This document shows, in pieces, positions 1 through 7,499 of a stretch of DNA of 31,924 nt; the stretch's first letter is position 1; each line of letters begins with the position of its first letter. The notes under the pieces are model-generated. The model did no database searches. It was not told the DNA's origin and saw nothing but the letters and a program-made list of their open reading frames with translations. Origin of the DNA: a virus (Duplodnaviria > Caudoviricetes); the IMG/VR virus record IMGVR_UViG_3300030606_000035, positions 1 through 31,924 of that record, one strand, 5' to 3'. Position numbers and translations under genes: made by a program.

Positions 1-1116
1 GACCATCGCGGCGTCCGGCGTCGTTGGGGGTCGTTCACTCGAAAAGACCAAGCCGAGGCGTTCGGGCGTCGCCTCGAAGAACTCGCGGATTGCGTGCGGA
101 CGGAGACTCGGCCGTCGCCGGGCCCTGCGGATTGGCTCGGGCATCTGGGCCCCCGCGACCGCCGGCGGCTGGAAGCGGTCGGGTTGCTCCAACTCTCGTC
201 CGACGTCTCCTCGGCGATCGACGCATGGGAAACCTCGCTCCGGAACCGCGAACGGACGTCCAGCCACATCCAATCCCACACAGCACGCGTCAGGATCGCC
301 GCTGAGCGACTCGGCGCTGTCCGGCTGACCGATTTGACGCCGGAAGCCGTAGAATCGCTTGTAGCGGCCCTGAGGCGTGAAACTGCCGATCATTGGGCCC
401 GGTCCGCGGCGACGGCCAATCACTACATCGTGGCGCTGAAGCACTTCTGTCGTTGGTGCGTGGACACTGGACGGTTGCCGCTTGACCCGTTGGCCAAGGT
501 CCGCCGACTGGCCGTGCTCGAGCGCGCTAAGGTGCGTCGGGCCCTGCCGCCGGTCGATATCGCCAAGCTCCTGAAGAAAACCGAGGGGACGCCGCGGGGG
601 TGGCTGTACCGGCTCGCCATCGAGACGGGCTTTCGCTACGGCGAGCTCGTGAGCCTGACGCCGGGCTCGTTCGTCTTGGCCAAGGCGCCCAGCGTGACGG
701 TCGCGGCGGCCTACTCACGGAAGCACCGGCGGGACCGGACGGTCCCCTTGCTCAAGTCGACGGCCAAGCAACTCAAGGATTGGCTCCAAGAGCGAGCGCC
801 GGACGCTCCGCTCTTCGCGGGCCTTCACGCAAGGCCCGAGCTGGCCGCCCCGGTGTTGCGATCCGACCTCGAGGGCGCCGGCGTGAAGCAGCCCGACGCC
901 TACGACTTCCACTGCCTGCGGCACACGTTCTGTACGCTGCTGGGCCGAACGGGAGTTGACCTTCAGACATTCATGAGCCTGACGGGGCATCGCTCGGCGA
1001 CGGTAGCGCTCGGCTACATTCACGACGACGAGGGCGAGCGGCGCAAGGCCATGACCATCGTTCGGGCGATGTCGGCTGGCACTGACGTGGCACGACCAGG
1101 AGACGAAACGACGTAA
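1..1116 (+). CDS. int: Tyrosine recombinase / phage integrase (5'-truncated by window edge)
   Basis: Catalytic motifs ETGFRYGEL (R), FHCLRHT (HxxR), LTGHRS (H), LGYIH (Y). The frame stays open back to base 1 (DHRGVRRRWGSFTRKDQAEAFGRRLEEL), so the true start is upstream of the window. It abuts a tRNA-derived att core. Confidence 0.95.
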   Translation, partial: DHRGVRRRWGSFTRKDQAEAFGRRLEELADCVRTETRPSPGPADWLGHLGPRDRRRLEAVGLLQLSSDVSSAIDAWETSLRNRERTSSHIQSHTARVRIAAERLGAVRLTDLTPEAVESLVAALRRETADHWARSAATANHYIVALKHFCRWCVDTGRLPLDPLAKVRRLAVLERAKVRRALPPVDIAKLLKKTEGTPRGWLYRLAIETGFRYGELVSLTPGSFVLAKAPSVTVAAAYSRKHRRDRTVPLLKSTAKQLKDWLQERAPDAPLFAGLHARPELAAPVLRSDLEGAGVKQPDAYDFHCLRHTFCTLLGRTGVDLQTFMSLTGHRSATVALGYIHDDEGERRKAMTIVRAMSAGTDVARPGDETT

Positions 1117-1140
1117 GTCCAGTGTTGACAATAGCTTACG
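1112..1140. repeat. 29-bp imperfect palindrome CGTAA-N19-TTACG, copy 1
   Basis: CGTAAGTCCAGTGTTGACAATAGCTTACG, left of the att core. Confidence 0.75.
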
Positions 1141-1150
1141 CGGCATGCGG

Positions 1151-1198
1151 CACGGACTGAAAATCCGTGTGTCGGCGGTTCAAGTCCGCCTCTGCCCA
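1151..1198 (+). mobile_element. attP: attP core: 3' half of tRNA-Phe(GAA)
   Basis: CACGGACTGAAAATCCGTGTGTCGGCGGTTCAAGTCCGCCTCTGCCCA gives an anticodon arm (ACGGA-CTGAAAA-TCCGT, GAA), a T arm (GGCGG-TTCAAGT-CCGCC) and a 3' acceptor strand. No 5' acceptor strand or D arm lies upstream, so it is not a full tRNA. It begins 35 bp after the int stop. Confidence 0.9.
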
Positions 1199-1222
1199 TT
1201 CACTCCAAACGGCGTTTTCGGC

Positions 1223-1251
1223 CGTAAACCACTGGGAACACAGCACTTACG
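1223..1251. repeat. 29-bp imperfect palindrome CGTAA-N19-TTACG, copy 2
   Basis: CGTAAACCACTGGGAACACAGCACTTACG, right of the att core. Confidence 0.75.
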
Positions 1252-1413
1252 CGACTACCCGACGACGGCACATAGGAGCCCATGCCTACCGTATTCTTCC
1301 CAAACTGTGGCACGAATCTGGCACTGTCTGTTAGGGCGATGCCGAACGTGTGGTCCGGTGTCGAGTTGTCGACGTTTTGTCGACAACTGAGTTTGGTGGC
1401 CCATTACCGGGAG

Positions 1414-1521
1414 GTGTCGGGTGTGTGTCGGGTAGTAGCGTTAGCTCGGCGCGCAGAATTGCCTATATTTCTCGGCATTCGTCGTCCGAGGTGTCGGCTT
1501 CGGTGTCGGGTGAAGTGTCGG
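1414..1521 (+). repeat. GTGTCGG direct-repeat cluster (5 copies)
   Basis: Copies at 1414, 1425, 1491, 1503 and 1515 (periods of 11 and 12 bp) in non-coding DNA. Confidence 0.7.
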
Positions 1522-1532
1522 CTAGATTGGGC

Positions 1533-1964
1533 TCAGCGGTCCGGGATGACCTCTCCGTGCTCGTCGAGCTTGATGATCTTGTTGCGGACCCCCCAGGCGA
1601 TGATCTTGTTCAGCCGGCATGGGTACTCGTGGACCATTTGGGCGATGTCCTGCCTGGACGTGCCGGCCCGAAGGGCGTTGAGGATGCGAAACCGTCGGCG
1701 AGCTTGCCACTTCCGTCGGCCCCGCATGTCGAGCGCTTGCGCGATCTTCCGCTTCGGCACCCGGAGCACGTCCCGGAACTCCGGGATGGAGTCGCAGCCG
1801 AGGGCCTCGCGGACGTCGGCGACCTTTTGCCGAATCTGCTCGAGCTCCTGGGCGTGCCTGCGGCGGCCGGCACTGCGGCGCTCCGCCATCCGGCGGAAGT
1901 AGCCTTCGGCCTTGCGCCGGCACGCCGGGCAGAGCGCGTCACACAAAGCGACGTGGTTTGACAT
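1533..1964 (-). CDS. Hypothetical basic protein, N-terminal Cys cluster, possible C-terminal HTH
   Basis: 143-aa ORF with CDALCPAC and an HTH-like GTSRQDIAQMV; preceded by a GGAG RBS; last gene of the minus-strand arm. Confidence 0.65.
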   Translation of the reverse strand: MSNHVALCDALCPACRRKAEGYFRRMAERRSAGRRRHAQELEQIRQKVADVREALGCDSIPEFRDVLRVPKRKIAQALDMRGRRKWQARRRFRILNALRAGTSRQDIAQMVHEYPCRLNKIIAWGVRNKIIKLDEHGEVIPDR

Positions 1965-2193
1965 AGGCTCCCAGTTCCTTCAGCCGCTTGCGGGCGAACC
2001 CGCGGGCAACTCTGGCCTCCTTGGCGACCTGGCTGACGATGTTCCGGAAGTCGGCGCCGTCCCGTTGCATGCGGTGGATGACTCGGTCGACGTCCTTGGT
2101 GCGCTGCGCGAGGCTGCGCGGCTTCGGTTTGGGCCCGGGCCGCTTCGGGGGCGGCAGCTTGAAACACTCGGTTGCGGCGCGGCCTTCAAGCAC
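1939..2193 (-). CDS. Hypothetical basic protein
   Basis: GTG start overlapping the upstream gene's stop (translational coupling); 84 aa. Confidence 0.5.
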   Translation of the reverse strand: MLEGRAATECFKLPPPKRPGPKPKPRSLAQRTKDVDRVIHRMQRDGADFRNIVSQVAKEARVARGFARKRLKELGAYVKPRRFV

Positions 2194-2488
2194 CGGAGGC
2201 CTCTGCCTTGGCGATCGCGTCGCGCAAAACTTGCCCTGTTTCATCGCTCCAGTCGCTGCCCATTTGGTCGATTCCGGCAAGCGCCGCCTTGCACGCCGCG
2301 AGCAGCGCGTCGCGCTCGGCGAGGTAGTGGGCGCTGTCGCGTAGTCGGTCCGCGAGAAATTCCGCGTCCCCCTGTCGGGTCATCTCTTGTCGCACTATCC
2401 GCTCCGTAACCGCGCCCAAGTGGCGGCGCACCCAGCTGATGATCTCATTGGGTGTAAAGCTCGGCGAGTGCTTCGATTCCGTCGTCAC
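2186..2488 (-). CDS. Hypothetical phage protein
   Basis: 100 aa; C-terminal LLAACKAAL...LRDAIAKAE motif, common in small phage proteins; GGAGG upstream; coupled to its neighbour. Confidence 0.7.
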   Translation of the reverse strand: MTTESKHSPSFTPNEIISWVRRHLGAVTERIVRQEMTRQGDAEFLADRLRDSAHYLAERDALLAACKAALAGIDQMGSDWSDETGQVLRDAIAKAEASGA

Positions 2489-2676
2489 GTCATTTCCTCC
2501 TCTGTGTATCGGACTGCTTTAAGCGACCAAGTCCAGCCCTCATCGCGAGCTGCTGCATCGCTTATCGCCTGCGCCTCTTTGAGACTGCGAGCCTCGACGA
2601 TCCTCACGTCCTCGTCAGGTCCGCCCATGCCGCTCGCCGTTGGGCGGCGAAGGGTAATTGCGTATTTCTTGGTCAT
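2485..2676 (-). CDS. Hypothetical protein
   Basis: 63 aa; IVEARSLKEA motif; GTGA overlap with the next gene. Confidence 0.6.
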   Translation of the reverse strand: MTKKYAITLRRPTASGMGGPDEDVRIVEARSLKEAQAISDAAARDEGWTWSLKAVRYTEEEMT

Positions 2677-2781
2677 TTTCCATCGCGATCCTTCCGCCTC
2701 GGCGTGCCTCGATCACTACGACGCGGCCACTTGGTACGCCGAACGCTTTCACCCGCCCAGTGTTTTTGGGGGTTTCCATGC

Positions 2782-2988
2782 TCAAGCCCTCGGCCTGTCC
2801 TGTTCTATGGTGAGACTGATCACGTCGGCACAAGATTCCACGGAATCAGGAAACCCAACTTCCTCGTCCATCGGCGCACCGTTTAGCGTGTCCTCAAGCC
2901 ACCCCTGGAGCCTATTCAGATCGGAACCACAAACACTTTCGTCCTCGCAAATCTCAAAACGCACGATAGCGCATATATATTTTTTCAT
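2782..2988 (-). CDS. Small acidic hypothetical protein
   Basis: 68 aa, D/E-rich, AAGGA RBS, locally lower GC. Confidence 0.6.
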   Translation of the reverse strand: MKKYICAIVRFEICEDESVCGSDLNRLQGWLEDTLNGAPMDEEVGFPDSVESCADVISLTIEQDRPRA

Positions 2989-3164
2989 GTTCTATCCTTC
3001 AGGTGGCGCGTCGTGTTGCTTTGCGCATGTACGAGTTGATGGGTGTGCAGCGACTGCCTAGTCAGGTAGCCGCAGAGATCGTAAATCCCCTGCATGCCTC
3101 TCGGCGCAACCAGTTTGTCTCCGGTCACGCTCAGGATGTCACCAAGATGAAAAGCTCTGCTCAT
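2985..3164 (-). CDS. Hypothetical phage protein (FHLGDILS...HTHQL type), possibly C-terminally truncated
   Basis: Not in the ORF track: MSRAFHLGDILSVTGDKLVAPRGMQGIYDLCGYLTRQSLHTHQLVHAQSNTTRHLKDRT; GAGG RBS; ATGA overlap with the next gene. Confidence 0.6.
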   Translation of the reverse strand: MSRAFHLGDILSVTGDKLVAPRGMQGIYDLCGYLTRQSLHTHQLVHAQSNTTRHLKDRT

Positions 3165-3177
3165 ATCCTCGTCACCT

Positions 3178-3318
3178 TTACCACATTGCCACCGGCGCGA
3201 GCATGAACAGCGCCGCCACGCCGATGATGATGATTGCCCCGGCGACCACGAGCGCCAGCAACTCGATACCGCGCCAGACCGCCTTGCAGGCCCGGCGTAC
3301 TGCGTTACGCTTCGTCAT
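3178..3318 (-). CDS. Small single-pass membrane protein
   Basis: Not in the ORF track: MTKRNAVRRACKAVWRGIELLALVVAGAIIIIGVAALFMLAPVAMW, basic N-terminus plus hydrophobic helix; GAGGA RBS. Confidence 0.6.
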   Translation of the reverse strand: MTKRNAVRRACKAVWRGIELLALVVAGAIIIIGVAALFMLAPVAMW

Positions 3319-3351
3319 TGTCCTCGACTCCTCACTCGGGTTAGGGGACCA

Positions 3352-3392
3352 AGCCCCCGGCGTTCACGGCGCGCGGGGGCTACTTCTTTTTC
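3352..3392 (+). terminator. Intrinsic terminator-like hairpin oriented against the local gene flow
   Basis: AGCCCCC...GGGGGCT stem followed by ACTTCTTTTT on the plus strand. Confidence 0.5.
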
Positions 3393-3882
3393 ATGGACAA
3401 ATAAGCGCTCCATCATCAACGCCAAACGCCCGCACGCGCCACGCCCACGCTCTTATTCCACGCCAGATCGCCCATGCAGTTCGTCGCCAACGCGGCCAGA
3501 ACCGCTGCTGGCACTCCCAGCAGACAAAGCCGCATGGGTAGCCGTCGGTGTCGACGCCAGCAGGCAGATCAGCCAATCGCACAACAGAATTCGAGTGCAG
3601 CCAGCCGGAACCAATGAGTGCGTGCGTACAGAACGGGTATTGCGTGATGCGGAACACTCCGGGGGCGATGTCATCCGGCACGCCCGGATCGCTTACGACC
3701 AGCAAGGGCGGCTTATCGGCCTCGTGCGAATACTCCCGGCATAGACAGCAGGCGAAGTAGTGTTGCTCCATGTCGCACTCGCAACAACAAAGGCACTCGT
3801 CCCCGTTGGCGTCGCGGGCCGGGTGCAGCCATTCCTCGATCGTTAGTGGCCGCTCACAGTACAGGCACGCAGGGAGTTTCAT
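3391..3882 (-). CDS. Cys-rich hypothetical protein (multiple CxxC)
   Basis: MKLPACLYCERP...CCCEC...CCLC...VCWEC; ATGA coupling with the upstream ORF. Confidence 0.7.
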   Translation of the reverse strand: MKLPACLYCERPLTIEEWLHPARDANGDECLCCCECDMEQHYFACCLCREYSHEADKPPLLVVSDPGVPDDIAPGVFRITQYPFCTHALIGSGWLHSNSVVRLADLPAGVDTDGYPCGFVCWECQQRFWPRWRRTAWAIWRGIRAWAWRVRAFGVDDGALICP

Positions 3883-4166
3883 CTCGCTCTCGCTTTCAGG
3901 TCCGGAAGCATCTCGCGCAGCTCCTTGAGGTACCTCTGCGCGCACCGCTTCCAGCCCTTGGGGAACTTGTGGCCGCAGCCGCGAAAGCCGAGCAGCCGCT
4001 CCATGCGGGCGATCTCCGAGACGCAAGCGCGGTGCGCTTCTGCCGGCGTCATCGGCTTGTCGGATACCAGGATTCCGTGGGCGTCCATAATCGGCGCGTC
4101 CGGCCCGGCGGCCGGACGAAGGACGCTTGACCGTGTGCGCCCGCGCCGGTGCGGCGAGTGAATCAA
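3879..4166 (-). CDS. Hypothetical protein
   Basis: 95 aa; coupled at both ends; start uncertain. Confidence 0.5.
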   Translation of the reverse strand: MIHSPHRRGRTRSSVLRPAAGPDAPIMDAHGILVSDKPMTPAEAHRACVSEIARMERLLGFRGCGHKFPKGWKRCAQRYLKELREMLPDLKARAR

Positions 4167-4681
4167 GCGGCCGCTGTTTCGGCTGGCTCCTCGGCGTTGT
4201 CGTCGGCTTTTGCTAATGGCGCTTCTGGTGCCTTGCGGTCCGCCCAGAACTTCTCGAGCGCGTCCGCGATCCGATTGGCTCGGGCCTCGCCGATGCCCTC
4301 GATGTCCGTAAGCTGACGGTCCTTCGTGTAGTCAGCCAACGCGCCGATCGTCACGATTTCCTTTGCGGCCAGAAACTCGCGATCCTTCGCGGTCAAGCCG
4401 TCGAGGTCGGCAATGTCCACTGCGCGCCACATGTCGTCAGCCGGCGTGACTTCCTCGACCGGCTTCGGTGGAGTGGGCACCGAGTAGAGCGGCTCCTCAT
4501 CGCTCACGATCGAGCGCATTTTGCGAATCGCGGCCGCCAAAGCGCCCTTGGCGTCCTTTAGTTCCTGTGCCTTGCGGGCGACGTAGTTTTCCGCCGCTTG
4601 GATCGCAAGCTCCTGGTCCCGGATCAACTGCAACGTGTCCGCAGGATCCGGGGGTCCTACTTTCACCGTGCTCTCTGCCAT
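4163..4681 (-). CDS. Coiled-coil plus helix-hairpin-helix DNA-binding-like protein
   Basis: AGGAGG RBS before MAESTVKV; HhH motif LTDIEGIGEARANRI. Confidence 0.75.
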   Translation of the reverse strand: MAESTVKVGPPDPADTLQLIRDQELAIQAAENYVARKAQELKDAKGALAAAIRKMRSIVSDEEPLYSVPTPPKPVEEVTPADDMWRAVDIADLDGLTAKDREFLAAKEIVTIGALADYTKDRQLTDIEGIGEARANRIADALEKFWADRKAPEAPLAKADDNAEEPAETAAA

Positions 4682-4711
4682 CCTTGGTGCCTCCTGATTT
4701 GGGGGGAAGGT

Positions 4712-4753
4712 TAAAGGGGGGGAGAGCCCATTCGTCCGGCTCTTCCCCCCCCC
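4712..4753 (-). terminator. GC-rich hairpin / possible terminator
   Basis: Minus strand G-run-AAGAGCC-loop-GGCTCT-C-run followed by TTTAA. Confidence 0.4.
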
Positions 4754-4769
4754 TAGGGGTTCATTGCGC

Positions 4770-5201
4770 TTACGCCCACTGCGCTTCTTGGTATTGCGGG
4801 ACGCTGGTTGCGAGAGCTTCCGCGACCTGCGCCCGGAAAGTGTCAAGCTGCTTGAAGAGTTCCCGTTGTGGTACGTCACCCTCGGAGCATTGGTACAGGT
4901 AGCACGTCAAGGATTTCAGGAGTTGCCATTCATCGCCCGAGTGTTCCCAGGCGAACGTAAACGGCTCATCCGGCATCATGGAATCGGCTTCGCCGTATCG
5001 GGCGTGGACCGCCGCTATGTTCATGCTGAGCAGGTCGCGTGCGAGCTTCTCAGCGGCTTCACGCCGTTCACAACCTATCGGGAGTTGGATAGGAAGGCTG
5101 CGCCCCAAGTATCGCAGCGGCCCGGAGTTGCGGTCTGGTAGCTCGGCAATCCAGGTGACAATCCGGTTAATGGTCGAGTCTTCGACGATGTACGCGCTCA
5201 C
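4770..5201 (-). CDS. Conserved-looking hypothetical phage protein
   Basis: GGAGG RBS; MSAYIVEDSTINRIV...NIAAVHARY...LLKSLTCYLYQCSEG pattern, familiar from phage/ICE accessory genes. Confidence 0.75.
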   Translation of the reverse strand: MSAYIVEDSTINRIVTWIAELPDRNSGPLRYLGRSLPIQLPIGCERREAAEKLARDLLSMNIAAVHARYGEADSMMPDEPFTFAWEHSGDEWQLLKSLTCYLYQCSEGDVPQRELFKQLDTFRAQVAEALATSVPQYQEAQWA

Positions 5202-5313
5202 GTTTACACCTCCCCCGCTACAGCCTTGGCCGTCAAGCTCTTTCCGCAAGCCCCGGCAGGTGCTCAATGATTTCCTCTTGCGCGACCCGCCCTGGCCGGC
5301 GGGTCGTCGCGTT

Positions 5314-5526
5314 TCAATCCTTGGCCGGCTCAGACTCAGACACATTCATCGCTGCTCGTTTCGACAAGACGGCTCGCACGGACTCAACGTCAAAGAGGCG
5401 TCGCCGTCCGATGCGCAAACACGGGACCGCCCCCGCATCGGCCTGCTTTCGCAGCCAAGCCATCGGCAGGGCCAAGCTGGTAGCCAGCACGTCTAGCGAG
5501 ACGAACTTCTTTGAAAGAGTGCTCAT
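5314..5526 (-). CDS. Excisionase-like winged HTH (HTH_17/MerR-like)
   Basis: LDVLATSLALPMAWLRKQADAGAVPCLRIGRRRLFD, a typical excisionase-family HTH plus wing. Confidence 0.8.
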   Translation of the reverse strand: MSTLSKKFVSLDVLATSLALPMAWLRKQADAGAVPCLRIGRRRLFDVESVRAVLSKRAAMNVSESEPAKD

Positions 5527-5935
5527 GCCCCGCTCATCGAGCGATCGCACTCTGCTTCAGTCCATTTGGCGAGGTTGAGCGCGATTTGAGCGCAAAATGA
5601 GCGCGCGGCAGGCCGAGCCCGTACCGGAGCACGATTTCGCGCTGGTGCTCGCCGCAACTCTCGCCATCGGCTCGAATGCGCCTCCAAGCCAGGCAGTTGA
5701 CTCCCAATGCACGGGGTGCCTTTGGCGAGTCCGCATCGCCATCGCACGCCGGATAGTTCGGCCTCGCAGAGCCGGCGGAGGCCTTGCTCGGCGGCCCGAA
5801 ATAGTCCGCGTACCGTCCAGCCTCCCAATCCTTGCGGAGTACGCGCATCCGCAGATGACACCGATCGCTCATTGTCATTCCCTTTCGTTTACCGCACGCT
5901 CTCAGCTGACCCAGAGTCAGCCACCAAATCCGCGC

Positions 5936-5954
5936 AAAAAAAAGCCGCGAAGGC
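5936..5954 (-). terminator. Small hairpin plus T8 ending the cassette array
   Basis: Minus strand GCC-TTCGC-GGC-TTTTTTTT. Confidence 0.45.
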
Positions 5955-5994
5955 AAGGGGCCGGGCCGGACTGCGCCCGACCCCCGTAAAGGGA

Positions 5995-6288
5995 TCATTG
6001 AGCCGACCAAGGCAATCCGGCGGCCACGCGCCAGGTATCGTAGAGCCGTGTGGATCGAGGTCCCCGTCCATCGGGCGCGTACACGCGGACGACGTGGGTG
6101 TACTGGTCGCCGTTTTCCTCTGCTTCCTCGGCTGCCAACTCGTACTCCAGCGGCACCGCCGCATACAACATTTTTTGTTTTGCCGCCGTCAACAGGGCAA
6201 CGTCTGCCGACATGCCAGTTGGCACATTGGAGACCATAGCCCCGCGATCCCCCACCCTGTAGACTCGGTATGCATCAGTCGTTATCAT
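5995..6288 (-). CDS. Hypothetical protein, cassette gene 3
   Basis: ATG directly after the repeated leader GCCGGGGGCAAGTGAAGGAGACGACG; 97 aa. Confidence 0.7.
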   Translation of the reverse strand: MITTDAYRVYRVGDRGAMVSNVPTGMSADVALLTAAKQKMLYAAVPLEYELAAEEAEENGDQYTHVVRVYAPDGRGPRSTRLYDTWRVAAGLPWSAQ

Positions 6289-6371
6289 CGTCGTCTCCTT
6301 CACTTGCCCCCGGCTGATTACGGCAAGGGGCGGACGCCAGCCGGGCCAACGCCCGCCCCCCGTAAAGGACT

Positions 6372-6602
6372 CTAGAGACTAACTCCGAACTTGCCCGGAT
6401 CGGCGTGCATCGCCTCGCGCAACGCCTCCAAATCCGCATCGTGGAAGCGATCAGCGATGCGCACGATGGCCGCACGCTCCGCGACCGAGTATCCGGCTCG
6501 CTCGTCGCGGCCACCCAGGCGAGCAAGCAACTCCCTCTCCTCATCGTCGTAATCGGCGAGGCCTGCGGTGTCTAGGTCTAGCAGTGTTTGGACGCTCGTC
6601 AT
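6372..6602 (-). CDS. Small acidic hypothetical protein, cassette gene 2
   Basis: ATG after leader variant GCCGGGGGGCAAGTAAAGGAGACGAAA; 76 aa, D/E-rich. Confidence 0.7.
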   Translation of the reverse strand: MTSVQTLLDLDTAGLADYDDEERELLARLGGRDERAGYSVAERAAIVRIADRFHDADLEALREAMHADPGKFGVSL

Positions 6603-6657
6603 TTTCGTCTCCTTTACTTGCCCCCCGGCTGAACTTGCCCGGATCGGCGTGCATACC

Positions 6658-6948
6658 TCAAACCTCAATCACGTCATCGACGCCGTTAGCGTCGATCGTC
6701 AAAACGCATCCGCCGCACGATCCAAGATGCTCCTGTAGCGCCCTCGTGGCCATCCAGTACGCGATCCGTCCGTCTGTTGTTGATCCGGGGATGCGCTCAG
6801 CATCGACAAGCGCCTGGAGTCTCGCGACCGCCTCGGGATCGCCAGCGCACGCAAGGTAGCAACTGCCCTCATTCGCAAATCCCCGCGGCGACAGATACAC
6901 GCCGACGTATTCCGCCTTGCCCCACTTGGTCCGCTCGATTGTTTCCAT
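6658..6948 (-). CDS. Hypothetical protein, cassette gene 1
   Basis: ATG after the repeated leader; 96 aa; YLSPRGFANE motif. Confidence 0.75.
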   Translation of the reverse strand: METIERTKWGKAEYVGVYLSPRGFANEGSCYLACAGDPEAVARLQALVDAERIPGSTTDGRIAYWMATRALQEHLGSCGGCVLTIDANGVDDVIEV

Positions 6949-7021
6949 CCGTCGTCTCCTTCACTTGCCCCCGGCGCACCCCGCCGGGATGGGCGTGCGT
7001 GCTCACTCGCCGCACAACCAA

Positions 7022-7049
7022 AGTGTGACACAGGACCGCAGTAAGTCAA
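7022..7049 (-). promoter_or_regulatory. Putative sigma70 promoter for the cassette array
   Basis: TTGACT-16 bp-CACACT with TG just upstream of the -10. Confidence 0.45.
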
Positions 7050-7068
7050 GGTACAGTGGCAAAATGAA

Positions 7069-7097
7069 CGTAACCTCTTATTCTATAAGGACTTACG
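7069..7097. repeat. 29-bp imperfect palindrome CGTAA-N19-TTACG, copy 3
   Basis: CGTAACCTCTTATTCTATAAGGACTTACG, extended by GAA/TTC; 20 bp upstream of the -35 above. Confidence 0.75.
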
Positions 7098-7499
7098 TTC
7101 ACTCCGTCCGACTGTTCCCTGCGCGCGATTTCACAATGTTCACAAAGTCCCTGGGCCACCCTCGGAGCCCACTTCGGCGTGGGTCCGATAAGGTGTATCC
7201 TGTTGCACTCATTGTCAGCAGGGGCGTGAGACGTTCAGCACGAGAGGATTAATGGGCACTCTGCCCACCCATCTTACCTCGTGGCGTTCGGGCGGGGGGA
7301 GATACGCCCCGGGGACACCGTCGCGGGCCACCGCGTGCGCGTGCGCGAGGGGCTTTGGGACCCCCCGTTGGGCTTCGGAGTCCCGCGACGACGGCGGCGG
7401 CGGCTGTGTATATCCCCCTGTCGAGACATACGCGGGTGGGAGAAAGTGGCTGGTAGTGGCCGGAGAAGTGTCGAGGTGAAAGAGGGAAGCGTGGTTTCT

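Larger units (their letters stand above)
1077..1324 (+). promoter_or_regulatory. Putative integrase arm-type sites (TGGCAC pairs either side of the att core)
   Basis: TGGCAC at 1077 and 1088 (left) and at 1308 and 1319 (right), each pair at an 11-bp period, flanking the core as arm sites do. Confidence 0.65.
6289..6975 (-). repeat. Start-associated 26-bp repeat (3 copies)
   Basis: CGTCGTCTCCTTCACTTGCCCCCGGC is identical at 6289-6314 and 6950-6975, with a variant at ~6605-6629; each contains the SD AAGGAG of the next minus-strand gene. Confidence 0.9.

Noticed and set aside
1125-1200. Complete tRNA-Phe gene
   Set aside because: No 5' acceptor strand (GGGCAG...) or D arm upstream; only the 3' half is present, consistent with an att core.
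1282-1961. Plus-strand ORFs 1282-1902 and 1350-1961
   Set aside because: They overlap the att arm repeats and a better-supported minus-strand gene.
6289-6975. CRISPR array or integron attC array
   Set aside because: Only three repeats, spaced ~315-345 bp by whole genes; each contains an SD; no cas genes, no attC R-box/palindrome pattern, and nothing marks the integrase as IntI-type.
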